From an uncultured Candidatus Binatia bacterium (GTDB taxonomy: Bacteria; Desulfobacterota; Binatia; UBA9968; JAJDTQ01): 64,000 bases of DNA. The stretch is from the NCBI GenBank assembly GCA_965215605.1, contig OZ244070.1, positions 3,552,001-3,616,000 of the forward strand, written 5' to 3'. The position numbers and the translations under genes are program-made. The notes below the pieces were generated by a model. That model was not told where the DNA came from and made no database searches. It saw only the letters and a list, made by a program, of their open reading frames with translations. Of this stretch, positions 9,089 through 18,397 are shown piece after piece (within the stretch, counting starts at the first letter, position 1; each line of letters begins with the position of its first letter).

Positions 9089-10716
9089 GGCGCGGTCTCG
9101 CTGCTGCGCTTGCGCCGGCGGTCGCGGATCACCGGGAAGGCGATGCTGGCCAGGATGACGCACAGGATGATCAGCACGCCCGGCCGCGCGAGGAAGCCGA
9201 AGTCGTAGCGGGAATAGGTGATCCAGAGGTAGTTGTCCGCCAGCCGCCCCAGCACCAGGCCCAGCAGCAGCGCCGGCCGGGACCAGTCGAACATCACCAT
9301 GAGCCATCCCAGGGCGCCGAAGATCAGGGTGATGATGATGTCGCCGAAGCTGTTGGTGTGAGTGTAGGAGCCCAGGTAGATGAACAGCAGCAGCGGCGGT
9401 ATCAGCAGCGTCCCCTTGATGCGGGTGAGCCGCGCCAACTGGTTGAGGAACAGGAAGCAGACCGACACCGTGATGACGTTGGACACCACCAGCACCCACA
9501 CCAGCGAGAAGGTGACGTCCAGGTCCTTGGTCAGCATGGAGGTGCCCGGACGGAGGCCCAGGACAAGGAATGCCCCCAGCAGGATGGCCGTGGTCACGTT
9601 GCCGGGGATGCCGAAGGCAATGGTGGGAATGAGCGCGCCGCCGAGGGTCGAGTTGTTGGCCGCGCCCGGGCCCACGACGCCCTCGATGGCGCCGGTCCCC
9701 ACCTGGTCCTGCTTGCCCGAGGACTGCATCGCGTGGGCGTACGCCACCCACTGGGACACCGGTCCGCCCATGCCCGGGATGATGCCGATGTAGGTGCCCA
9801 TGGCGCTGCAGCGAGCCACCAGCCACCAGTGCCGCAACGCGTCCTTCACCCCCTGGAGCACGCCGCCGAGCCGGCCGACGTGGGCCTGGGCGATGCTGCC
9901 GCCCTTGGTGGCGAGGTCGATGATCTCGGGTATGGCGAACAGCCCCACGGTGGCCGGCACCAGCCCGATGCCGGCGCCGCCGGTCTCGCCGCCGCCCCAG
10001 AGATACATGGTGCCGAAGGTGAAGCGTTCGGTGGCGGTCTGCATGTCCAGCCCCACCAGCGAGAAGATGAAGCCCAGGCCCCCGGCGGCCAGCCCCTTGA
10101 TCACGCTGCCGCCGCTCAGCGCCCCCACGAAGGTGACCCCGGCTACCGTGAGCATGAAGAACTCCGGGGTGCCCAGGGCCAGCACCAGCGGGGTGACGAT
10201 GGGGATGGCCAAGGCGATGGCGCCAGCGCCGATGAGCGCTCCCATGAGGGAGCTCATGAGCGAGGCGCCGAGGGCGCGTCCTGCCTCGCCCTTCTTGGCC
10301 ATGGGGTGGCCTTCCACGATGGTGGAGGCGGTGGACCCTTCGCCGGGGATGCCGAAGAGGATGGAGGTGATGTCGCCGGTGGTGGCGGTGACGGCCATCA
10401 TGCCGAGGAGGAAGGAGAACGCCTCCACCGCGTCCATCTTGAGTTGGAACGCGAACCCGAGCATGAGGGCCATGGTGACGGGTCCGCCGAGACCCGGCAG
10501 CATGCCCACCGCGAAGCCGATGAGGTTGCCCAGCAACAGGTAGCCGAAGGCGGGCCAGGAGAACACCCGGACGAAGCCCTCCAGGGAGGCCGCGGCAATC
10601 TTCCCGGCCATGCCCTGGGCCAGGAAGATCCAGACCGCCACGGCCGCCAGAAAGGCGAGCCAGCCCAGGCTACGTTTGAGGGTCACGATAAGGGGGTTCG
10701 GTGAAACCCGCGCCAC
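9085..10716 (-). CDS. tctA: Tripartite tricarboxylate transporter permease TctA
   Basis: GMLPGLG, ILFGIPG, EGHPMAKKGEAGRALG, GAANNS, FGIPG motifs; exact start uncertain. Confidence 0.9.
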   Translation of the reverse strand: MARVSPNPLIVTLKRSLGWLAFLAAVAVWIFLAQGMAGKIAAASLEGFVRVFSWPAFGYLLLGNLIGFAVGMLPGLGGPVTMALMLGFAFQLKMDAVEAFSFLLGMMAVTATTGDITSILFGIPGEGSTASTIVEGHPMAKKGEAGRALGASLMSSLMGALIGAGAIALAIPIVTPLVLALGTPEFFMLTVAGVTFVGALSGGSVIKGLAAGGLGFIFSLVGLDMQTATERFTFGTMYLWGGGETGGAGIGLVPATVGLFAIPEIIDLATKGGSIAQAHVGRLGGVLQGVKDALRHWWLVARCSAMGTYIGIIPGMGGPVSQWVAYAHAMQSSGKQDQVGTGAIEGVVGPGAANNSTLGGALIPTIAFGIPGNVTTAILLGAFLVLGLRPGTSMLTKDLDVTFSLVWVLVVSNVITVSVCFLFLNQLARLTRIKGTLLIPPLLLFIYLGSYTHTNSFGDIIITLIFGALGWLMVMFDWSRPALLLGLVLGRLADNYLWITYSRYDFGFLARPGVLIILCVILASIAFPVIRDRRRKRSSETAP

Positions 10717-10717
10717 C

Positions 10718-10741
10718 GGCAGGTTCGAGACCCGCCCCTAC
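10718..10741 (-). repeat. REP-like palindrome (GTAG-type)
   Basis: Minus strand GTAGGGGCGGGTCTCGAACCTGCC; related to the copies at 34466 and 41943. Confidence 0.55.
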
Positions 10742-10815
10742 GGGCGATCGCGCCTTGCCGGCAACGAAGAACCCCGCGGGGGCGGGTAGCACCCGGCCGA
10801 AGGCCGCCAACGGGT

Positions 10816-11892
10816 TCAGGGCTTTTGCGCCATGGCCTTCAGGATTTCCAGGGCTTCGGGGTCGCGCTTCTGGATCTCCACCACCTTGTCGATAATGGAC
10901 TGGGCCGCGGCAGCGTTCAGCGACACGAGGTCGAAACCGATCGCTTTCTTGAAATGGGCGATCATCTCCTTGTCTTTCAGGAAGCGGTCGAAGCTCGCCG
11001 CCGTGGTGTTGAAAACGTCCTTGGGCACCCGCGCCGCGTAGACCCAGCCGCGGCGGACGCCGCCGAGGTACGCCAGGAGTTCCATGGCCCGGTAGTTGGG
11101 GTCTTTCTTGACGGAGTCACCCTTGAGATCCTGGACGATCTCGTAATAGGTGGGAAGGTCCGGCAGGCGCGGGTCGCGGATGATCTTGCCGTCCTGGACG
11201 GTCCCTTCCTGGGCGAGGGGCACCACCGCGCCTTCCTCCACCATGGGCAACACGGCGGCGAAGTAGCCGCTCTGGCTGTCGTTGGTCATGTTGAGCTCAC
11301 CCCGGCGGATGGCCGCGCGCATGTCGCCGCTGCTGCCGTAGCCGGTGACCAGCTTGTGGTCCTGGTCCAGGATCTTCAGCAGCAGCCGCGGCAGCATGGA
11401 GCGGGGGCTCTGGATCGACGTGGTGCCGAAGAAGATCTTCTTCTTCAGCCCGGCCAGCTCGGTGCCCTTGGTGATGCCCAGGTCCTTGCTGACGAAGGTG
11501 ACGGTGGTTTCCCGCACGCCGCCCAGCCACTGGAGCTTGGCGAGCTCGAACTTGACCTTCTTGGGCTTGAAGATGCTGTCGGTTACCGAGGTGGAGAACT
11601 GCCCGATGATGGTGCCGTCGGCGGGTGCGGAGTTGTACACCCAGTTCTCTCCCACGATGCCGCCGCCGCCGGGCATGTTCTTGATGATGGTGGTGGGGTT
11701 GCCCGGAATCTGCTTTCCGATGAACGGAAGCATCTGGCGCGCCATGATGTCGGCGGCTCCGCCCACCGAGTAGGGGATCAGGATGGCAACGGTCTTGCCT
11801 TTGAATGAGACGTCGGCTCCGTGAGTCGGAGTCGCGAGGACGATGAACAGGGCTGCGATTGCGGCTGCAAGGGATGCGAAACGTCGGTTCAT
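10816..11892 (-). CDS. tctC: Tripartite tricarboxylate transporter substrate-binding protein (TctC/Bug family)
   Basis: Signal peptide, PYSVGGAAD, NMPGGGG, APADG, VTGYGSS motifs; GGAAGGAG RBS. Confidence 0.85.
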   Translation of the reverse strand: MNRRFASLAAAIAALFIVLATPTHGADVSFKGKTVAILIPYSVGGAADIMARQMLPFIGKQIPGNPTTIIKNMPGGGGIVGENWVYNSAPADGTIIGQFSTSVTDSIFKPKKVKFELAKLQWLGGVRETTVTFVSKDLGITKGTELAGLKKKIFFGTTSIQSPRSMLPRLLLKILDQDHKLVTGYGSSGDMRAAIRRGELNMTNDSQSGYFAAVLPMVEEGAVVPLAQEGTVQDGKIIRDPRLPDLPTYYEIVQDLKGDSVKKDPNYRAMELLAYLGGVRRGWVYAARVPKDVFNTTAASFDRFLKDKEMIAHFKKAIGFDLVSLNAAAAQSIIDKVVEIQKRDPEALEILKAMAQKP

Positions 11893-11923
11893 TGGATGCT
11901 CCTTCCTGGGTTGGTCCAGTGCC

Positions 11924-12008
11924 CTTGTATTTCGGGTGGCCTTCGCATGTCAACCGCAAAGCCCCGCTCGGGTGCGGATTTGACAACCTCCGGTGCTTCG
12001 GTTAAGAA
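11924..12008. promoter_or_regulatory. Back-to-back divergent sigma70-type promoters for tctC and ubiD
   Basis: Plus strand TTGACA (11980-11985)-N17-TAAGAA; minus strand TTGACA (11953-11948)-N18-TACAAG. Confidence 0.5.
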
Positions 12009-12066
12009 CCCGGAATCTTCGGAAATCCAGCACTGAGAATTCAACACTTTAGGAGAGAGGTGACAC

Positions 12067-13512
12067 ATGCCCAAGAGCCTGGGATCGTTTCTGGAAGACT
12101 GCCGGCGAGAGATTCCCAACGAGGTGGTCTACGTGACCAAGCAGGTGGACCCGGCTCACTACGACGTGAGCGCGCTCATCAAGCACCTCGACGCGGAGAG
12201 AAAGTTCCCCATCCTGGTTTTCGACAACCCGTTGGACCTTCACGGGAAGCCGTCCGACATCAAGCTGACCATGAACTGCGAGATCTCGCAGGGCAAGACC
12301 CAGGTCGCTCTCGGGATGGACAGGAGCATGAGCCGGGAGGCCATGACCGACCGCTGTCTGGAGCTTGAGGAGCACCGCATCGCCCCGGTGATCATCGAAC
12401 GCGACCAGGCGCCCGTCATGGAGAACGTCCAGAGCGGCAAGGACGTGGATATCTATCAGATTCCCATCATGCGGCATCACTACATGGACGGCGGCCCCTA
12501 CATCGTCATGTCCACCATCACCAAGGAACGGACCTCCGGAATCTACAACTGCTCGTACCATCGGATGGAGATCAAGTCGCCCCAGAGCACGGCATTGTAC
12601 GCCTCGCCGCGCCACCTGTGGAAGATCTTCAGGGACTACGAGGACAACAACATGGAGTGTCCCGTGGCCACGGTCCTGGGGCACCACCCGGCCTACCACA
12701 TGGGCGCCTGTTACAGCGGCCCGTTCGAGGTGAGCGAGTTCGAGATCATCGGCGGCTACATGCAGGAGCCCCTGCGGCTCACGCCGTCCTCCACCTGGGG
12801 CGACAACTTCCTCATTCCCGCGGACGCCGAACTGGTCATCGAAGGCCTGCTGCAACCCAACAAGCGCGTCGTGGAAGGTCCCTTCGGCGAGGCCCCGGGC
12901 TATCTCGGGCCGCAGCGCTATACCACTTGCGTGGACTACAAGGTCACGGCCATGAACTGGCGCAAGGGCGCCATGTTTCAGTCCATCATCACGCCGGAGG
13001 GTGACAAGCCCTGGATGGACCTGCCGCGGGAGGGCGCGTATCTGCGGCGTTGCCGCGAGGCGGTGCCGGGGGTGACGGCGGTGTGCAAGATGGGCCGGCA
13101 CGCCCACTACAACGTGTTCATCTCCATGAAGAAGATGTCCGAAGGCGATCCCGGCCGGGCGGCGGCCGCGGCCCTGACCTTCGACCATACCAAGAACGTC
13201 TTCGTCTTCGACGAGGACATCAATGTCTACGACTCCACGGATATCCTGTGGGCGCTGGCGACACGGGTGCAGCCGCACCGCCAGGTGTCGATCCTGAAGC
13301 CGCTCTTCCGCGGCAACTTCCTGGACCCCTCGCTGGTGGACGAGATCAAGACCTCCGGCATGATCGTGGATGCCACGCGGCCGCTGGACCGGCCGTTCTC
13401 CCCGGTGTCGAAGGTGCCGGACGAGGCCATGCAACGGATCAAGATCGAGGATTTCATACCGGGAGAGATCCTCTCGCACATTCCCATAGACCGCACCACC
13501 TATTGGTCCTAG
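12067..13512 (+). CDS. UbiD family (prFMN-dependent) decarboxylase, paralog 1
   Basis: DGGPYI, NCSYHR, PRHL, SEFE, EGPFGE, DEDIN...WALATR motifs; AGGAGAGAGG RBS. Confidence 0.92.
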   Translation: MPKSLGSFLEDCRREIPNEVVYVTKQVDPAHYDVSALIKHLDAERKFPILVFDNPLDLHGKPSDIKLTMNCEISQGKTQVALGMDRSMSREAMTDRCLELEEHRIAPVIIERDQAPVMENVQSGKDVDIYQIPIMRHHYMDGGPYIVMSTITKERTSGIYNCSYHRMEIKSPQSTALYASPRHLWKIFRDYEDNNMECPVATVLGHHPAYHMGACYSGPFEVSEFEIIGGYMQEPLRLTPSSTWGDNFLIPADAELVIEGLLQPNKRVVEGPFGEAPGYLGPQRYTTCVDYKVTAMNWRKGAMFQSIITPEGDKPWMDLPREGAYLRRCREAVPGVTAVCKMGRHAHYNVFISMKKMSEGDPGRAAAAALTFDHTKNVFVFDEDINVYDSTDILWALATRVQPHRQVSILKPLFRGNFLDPSLVDEIKTSGMIVDATRPLDRPFSPVSKVPDEAMQRIKIEDFIPGEILSHIPIDRTTYWS

Positions 13513-13571
13513 TGGACTGTAAGGTTGTTGCCGATTCGCAAGTTACAGGCCGCTGGTGAAAGGAAAGCTTC

Positions 13572-13718
13572 ATGGGTCAGGCTGTTGAAGTGACGTGTCC
13601 GAAATGCAGTGAAAAGTTCGTCGTGAACCCGCACATGCTCGGGTCCGGAATGGAGTTTCATTGTCCCTTCTGTGATGTGTACTTTCCGGAGGAAGAAAGC
13701 CCTAACATCTGGAAGTAG
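13572..13718 (+). CDS. 48-aa zinc-ribbon protein (CPKC...CPFC), not in ORF track
   Basis: Translates as MGQAVEVTCPKCSEKFVVNPHMLGSGMEFHCPFCDVYFPEEESPNIWK*; AAAGGA RBS; 59 nt downstream of the UbiD stop. Confidence 0.75.
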   Translation: MGQAVEVTCPKCSEKFVVNPHMLGSGMEFHCPFCDVYFPEEESPNIWK

Positions 13719-13724
13719 GAGAGC

Positions 13725-14675
13725 CTGTCGCAGCGGGACTTTTTCGATCTGGCGCGCCTGTTCCGGTTCCGGCAGGCGCTTGAAAGCGTTGAAGCTGTCG
13801 ATGCCCCCGAGGCCGTCCTGGTGGGCGGGCCGGAGCGCATCGACGGCGGTCGCGTCGGCATTCTGCCGGGCTCCTTCAATCCACCGACCCTCGCTCACCT
13901 GGAGTTGGCCCGGGCGGCCCGGCGCCGGTTCGACCTGGACCGCGTCGTATTCTCCCTCGGCAGCGTAATCGTTGACAAGGAACGGGTGGAAGGCCTGATC
14001 CGCGAGGATCGGTTGCTGCTGCTATCTCTGTTGGGGGCGGATCGCCCCTGGTCGGCTGTTGCGGTGGTCAACCGCGGCCTTTACTCCGAGCAGGCGCCGG
14101 CATTCCATGCCTGTTTCGGCAGCGGCGCGGATCTCTGGTTCATCGTCGGCATGGACAAGGTGCTCCAGATCTTCGACCCCAGGTACTACCAGGACCGCGA
14201 CCGCGCTCTGGACGCATTGTTCGCCCACGCGCGCCTCATCGGCGCCAATCGGGAAGACTGGGGCGGCGAGGACCTGGAAGCTCTGCTGGAACAGCCAGAG
14301 AATCGTCCCTACCGGGACTGGGTGCGCCCGCTGGCGCTTCCCGCCCGTTTCAAGGACCAGTCCTCCAGCGCCGTGCGGAGCGGCGCCGGAAGCGAATGGT
14401 CCTGGGAGGACGTGCTTTCCGAGGTGGCGCGGGACTTCGTCGCCGCCACGGGCGCGTTCCGGGACCGATATGAGTTGCGGGCGGCGGCCATGGACGTGCT
14501 CTATCCCATCAGGCAATGGGCGGAAACCGAGGTGGCGCTGGAGTCGCTCCTGGCCCGGGCCGCGGAGCCCGGCGAGGCCGGAGAGGCGGTGCGCGAAGTG
14601 TTGAGCACGCCGATGACGCCCGAGTTTCTCATGGACCGGCTTCAACGTCTGGGCCTGACGCGTTCCAGTCGTTGA
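13725..14675 (+). CDS. NadD/NMNAT-like nucleotidyltransferase (cytidylyltransferase fold)
   Basis: PGSFNPPTLAH (T/HxxH), FIVGMDK and SSSAVR motifs. Start uncertain: CTG at 13725 or GTG at 13821. Confidence 0.75.
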   Translation: MSQRDFFDLARLFRFRQALESVEAVDAPEAVLVGGPERIDGGRVGILPGSFNPPTLAHLELARAARRRFDLDRVVFSLGSVIVDKERVEGLIREDRLLLLSLLGADRPWSAVAVVNRGLYSEQAPAFHACFGSGADLWFIVGMDKVLQIFDPRYYQDRDRALDALFAHARLIGANREDWGGEDLEALLEQPENRPYRDWVRPLALPARFKDQSSSAVRSGAGSEWSWEDVLSEVARDFVAATGAFRDRYELRAAAMDVLYPIRQWAETEVALESLLARAAEPGEAGEAVREVLSTPMTPEFLMDRLQRLGLTRSSR

Positions 14676-14741
14676 ACAGGGGATCGGCGTCCAGCGCCGT
14701 CCGTCCGGATTCGATGGCCTTCCAACCGATGGCGGCCGCCT

Positions 14742-15881
14742 TCAGATATCCGGCAAGCCTGGCCTCGCGCGATTCGCCGGAGCCACGGCCGGCGCCGCCG
14801 TGAACGATGACGCGTTCCCGAGCTCGCCGCCGTGGCCGGCGGTGATGTGTCCGAGATGGTAGCGGGGTCCGTCGACCGTGTATCCGTGGAGCACCGGGTC
14901 CTCGGCCAGCAGCATGGGGGTGTCGAGGTCGATCCACTGGAAGGCGCCGGTGCCCGCCGCCAAGTGCGCGCTGAACCCCATGGCCAGCCGTGTCTCCACC
15001 ATGCCGCCGATCATGAGTCCGAGGCCGGAGGCCCGGGCGATGGCGATGATCTCCAGGGCCTGGGCCACGCCGCACTTGGCCAGCTTGACGTTGATGACGT
15101 GGGCCAGATGATCCCGGGCGATGCGCCCGGCGTCCTCGGAGGAGCGGCAGGATTCGTCGGCGGCCACGGGGACGCCCGCTTCGCGCACCAGCCGGGCCTG
15201 GCCGTCCCAGTCCTCCCGCGGTACCGGCTGTTCCAGGAGGGCCGGTTCCAGACCCTTGCGGCGCAGGCTCCTCAAGACCGCGAGGGTCTGCGCCACGTCA
15301 TAGCCCTCGTTGCCGTCCAGGATGAGGTCGCTCGTGGGATGGCCCTCACGGATGGCCTTGACGCGCTCGATATCGGCGTCAACGTCGACGCCGACCTTGG
15401 TCTTGAGGGTCGTGAAACCGAGCCCTCGGTACTCGGCCGCAAGCCGGCGGGCCTCTTCGGGTTCGCAGATGGGAATGGTGATGTCGGTGACGATGCGGTC
15501 GTGGGCGCCGCCGAAGAAGGCGTAGAGCGGAATATCCCAGTCGCGCGCCAGGGCGTCGAAAAGGGCCATCTCCAGGCCGGCTCGTACCGTCGGCGCTTCC
15601 GGGAGGGCGCCGGAAAGAGCTTCCACCAGCGGACGCCGGCGCAGGGCGTCGCGGCCGGTCCATTCCCGAGCCGCCCGCCGGACCGCTTCCAGCGCCGCCG
15701 GCTGGTCTTCCGGGGTGACCGTGGGCAGGATGGGAATCTCGCCCCAGCCGCTTGCGCCCCCGGCGAGGTCGAGCCGGACGGCGACGTTGCCGACCCTGTC
15801 CAGCCGCGCCCCGGCAATGGTGAACGGAGCCTTGAGTGACGCGTTCAGGACGCGCGCTTCGATGCGGGTGATCTGCTTCAA
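14742..15881 (-). CDS. Dipeptide (L-Ala-D/L-Glu) epimerase, enolase superfamily
   Basis: KTKVG, LDGNEG, LEQP, ADES, NVKLAK, GGMVE, DLD motifs; TTG start. Confidence 0.88.
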   Translation of the reverse strand: MKQITRIEARVLNASLKAPFTIAGARLDRVGNVAVRLDLAGGASGWGEIPILPTVTPEDQPAALEAVRRAAREWTGRDALRRRPLVEALSGALPEAPTVRAGLEMALFDALARDWDIPLYAFFGGAHDRIVTDITIPICEPEEARRLAAEYRGLGFTTLKTKVGVDVDADIERVKAIREGHPTSDLILDGNEGYDVAQTLAVLRSLRRKGLEPALLEQPVPREDWDGQARLVREAGVPVAADESCRSSEDAGRIARDHLAHVINVKLAKCGVAQALEIIAIARASGLGLMIGGMVETRLAMGFSAHLAAGTGAFQWIDLDTPMLLAEDPVLHGYTVDGPRYHLGHITAGHGGELGNASSFTAAPAVAPANRARPGLPDI

Positions 15882-16044
15882 GGGTGCTTCCGAAAGGGCG
15901 CCGGCGATGCCATGCCCGACAGGAACCTATCGCAAATTCCCGCCGGGGACCAGGGCGCTGTCGTCGCTTCATCCGGCTCGATCTGTTACGTTTCCGGCAA
16001 AGCGATTCAGCCGCTCGCGGCAGGGTCCTGAAGGAGGGTCGGAC

Positions 16045-16842
16045 ATGATTTCGGAAGTGGAGTTCGCTCCGGGCAAGAAGGGCTATCTGGCGAGAGCCCC
16101 TGAAGACGGCCGCTATCCCGCGGTGGTCCAGCTTCACGAGCGTTACGGCATAGTGGAGCACACGACGGACATTGCCGAGCGGTTGGCCGCGAACGGGTAC
16201 GTGACCCTGGCTCCCGACATGTTTTCGCGGTTCACCGGGGATCGGGAGGCGCTGGCCAGCGGAGACATCGGCGTGGGCATCCGCGACGATGAGGCGTTGG
16301 TGGATCTGGACGAGTGCATCGCCTATCTGCGAAGCCTGGACTGCGTGGACGGCGACCGCATCGCGGTGATGGGAGTATGCCAGACCGGGCGGCAGCCGCT
16401 GCTGGCCGCAGCCAGCCGCGGCGACCTTCGTTGCGCGGTGGTGTTCTACGGCGGGATCTACCAGCGTGACTGGGAGCCGCACGAGGAGCGCCCGACGCCG
16501 GTAGGCGAGTTCATCCAGCGGTTGTCGTGTCCGGTGCTGGGGGTGTTCGGCGACAGCGACCATATCATCTCGGTGGATGATGTGCTGCGGTTCAGGCGGG
16601 CGCTGGAGGAATCCTGGAAGAGCTATTCCATCCGTATCTTCAAGGATGCGCCCCACGGCTGGCTCAATGACACCATGCCTGGGCGGTACCGTCCGGAATC
16701 GGCCGAAGCGGCGTGGACGGTCTTGTTCCGTTTCCTGGAGCAACACCTGAGCCCGGATCGGGCCGGTACCCGCGTGGCGTGGGAGTTCGAGGGCGATGTC
16801 CCCGCGGACTACGATTTCTCGAAGACCGTGCGTCTTGCATGA
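16045..16842 (+). CDS. Dienelactone hydrolase family protein
   Basis: HERYG, APDMF, GVCQTG (Cys nucleophile), FYG, PHGW; AAGGAGG RBS before ATG 16045. Confidence 0.88.
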   Translation: MISEVEFAPGKKGYLARAPEDGRYPAVVQLHERYGIVEHTTDIAERLAANGYVTLAPDMFSRFTGDREALASGDIGVGIRDDEALVDLDECIAYLRSLDCVDGDRIAVMGVCQTGRQPLLAAASRGDLRCAVVFYGGIYQRDWEPHEERPTPVGEFIQRLSCPVLGVFGDSDHIISVDDVLRFRRALEESWKSYSIRIFKDAPHGWLNDTMPGRYRPESAEAAWTVLFRFLEQHLSPDRAGTRVAWEFEGDVPADYDFSKTVRLA

Positions 16843-16884
16843 TCCGCGCCGGCAGTTTGGATTCCTGAGGATGATCGGGTTAGA

Positions 16885-17544
16885 TTGGTGGGTCTCATGT
16901 CCTGTCTCACACATGCTTTCGTGAAGACGCGCAGGATCTCCTGTCGTCGGCAAGGCGGCTCCGGCTCCACGTGGCTCGGCGCGGCCGCGCTGTTCATTGG
17001 CTGCTTCGCGGGGATGGTCTCGGCCGGGGAAGGCCCCGGAGGGAGAGTCGACGAGGTGTTGCGGCAAAGCGTCGCGATCCTCGGCGACACGAGTCTGAAG
17101 GAAGATGAGCAGGTGGAACGTCTTCGCGCCGTCGTCCTGCCGGTCTTCGACTTCCCCGAGATGGCCCGCCGTTCGCTGGGCTCCCACTGGCGTCGGCGCA
17201 GTCCGGAGCACCGGGAGGAATTCACTCGCCTGTTCACCCGGCTGCTGGAACGGACCTACACGAGCCGTATTTCCGCCTACAACGGGCAGCGGACGAAGGT
17301 GGTGGGGGAGGAGATCGATGACCGTTTCGCCCGGGTCAAGACCGAAATCACGGACCGGGACGACCGCCGGTTCAAGGTGGACTACCGCATGCGCCGCGGG
17401 GGAGAACCCGCCGAATGGCGCATCTACGACGTCGTCATCGAGGACATCAGCCTGGTCAACAACTATCGCGCCCAGTTCAACCGGGTCATCAACCGGAGAT
17501 CCTTCGAGGATTTGCTGGAAAGGCTGCGGGCGCAAGCGGGCTGA
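16885..17544 (+). CDS. mlaC: MlaC/Ttg2D phospholipid-binding periplasmic protein
   Basis: FDFPEMARRSLG, WRIYDVVIEDISLVNNYRAQF; start uncertain. Confidence 0.85.
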   Translation: MVGLMSCLTHAFVKTRRISCRRQGGSGSTWLGAAALFIGCFAGMVSAGEGPGGRVDEVLRQSVAILGDTSLKEDEQVERLRAVVLPVFDFPEMARRSLGSHWRRRSPEHREEFTRLFTRLLERTYTSRISAYNGQRTKVVGEEIDDRFARVKTEITDRDDRRFKVDYRMRRGGEPAEWRIYDVVIEDISLVNNYRAQFNRVINRRSFEDLLERLRAQAG

Positions 17545-17591
17545 CGCGGCTTGCGCGCGGACACCAGCCCGGAGAATCATGCTGAGGGTCC

Positions 17592-18311
17592 ATGCCGGAT
17601 AAGGCCGTTCCCAGAAAGGCGTCCACCATCGTCCTGGCACGGGAGGCTGGAGACGGCGCATTCGAGATCTTCATGACGCGCCGGCCCCGGGAGATGCGTT
17701 TCCTGGGAGGCTTTTTCGTCTTCCCCGGCGGAAGCGTCAAGCGCGCGGACGCCTCTCCGGCCATGCTGGAGCGCTGCCGCGGTCTTTCTCCCGACGAGGC
17801 CAGGAGCCGGCTGGGGGACGACTTGAGCGCCGAGGATGCAATGGCGCATTGGGTGGCGGGCATCCGGGAACTGTACGAAGAAGTGGGAGTGCTCCTGTGC
17901 GTGAGCCAGGACAACGGCGCGGCGGTGGAACCCGATGCGCGGGACCGGGTGGCCGCCAGGCGGACCGCCCTGCTGAGCGGCGAGGTGGGCTTTGCCGAGT
18001 TGCTGGCGTCGGAGGGGCTTTGCTGTGACGTCGGCAGCCCCGTCTACTTCTACCACCGCACCACCCCGGAGCGGTATGCCATGCGGTTCGATACGCGGTT
18101 TTTCCTGGCTTCCCTCCCGGAGGGCCAGGTGCCGTTGGACGTGTCCGAGGAGGTGACGGAAAGCCTCTGGATCACCCCGGAGGAGGCGCTCCTGCGGGCC
18201 GAGCGGGGGCGCATGGCCGTCATACCGCCGACGTTGGCGACCCTGCGGACCTTGGGCGAGCTTGGCACCTGGGAAGCGCTGTGCCGCGAGTTCACCCTGC
18301 GCACGCCCTAG
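17592..18311 (+). CDS. NUDIX hydrolase (NUDT19-like)
   Basis: VFPGG...IRELYEEVG split Nudix box, TTP...RFDTRFF, PPT. Confidence 0.85.
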   Translation: MPDKAVPRKASTIVLAREAGDGAFEIFMTRRPREMRFLGGFFVFPGGSVKRADASPAMLERCRGLSPDEARSRLGDDLSAEDAMAHWVAGIRELYEEVGVLLCVSQDNGAAVEPDARDRVAARRTALLSGEVGFAELLASEGLCCDVGSPVYFYHRTTPERYAMRFDTRFFLASLPEGQVPLDVSEEVTESLWITPEEALLRAERGRMAVIPPTLATLRTLGELGTWEALCREFTLRTP

Positions 18312-18397
18312 GAGTCTGTCCGAAGTCTTCGTTCGAGCAAGAGTTTGAAACCGCCGGATCCGATTCCCGGACGCGGCGGGAGGGAGCAGTCGATACC

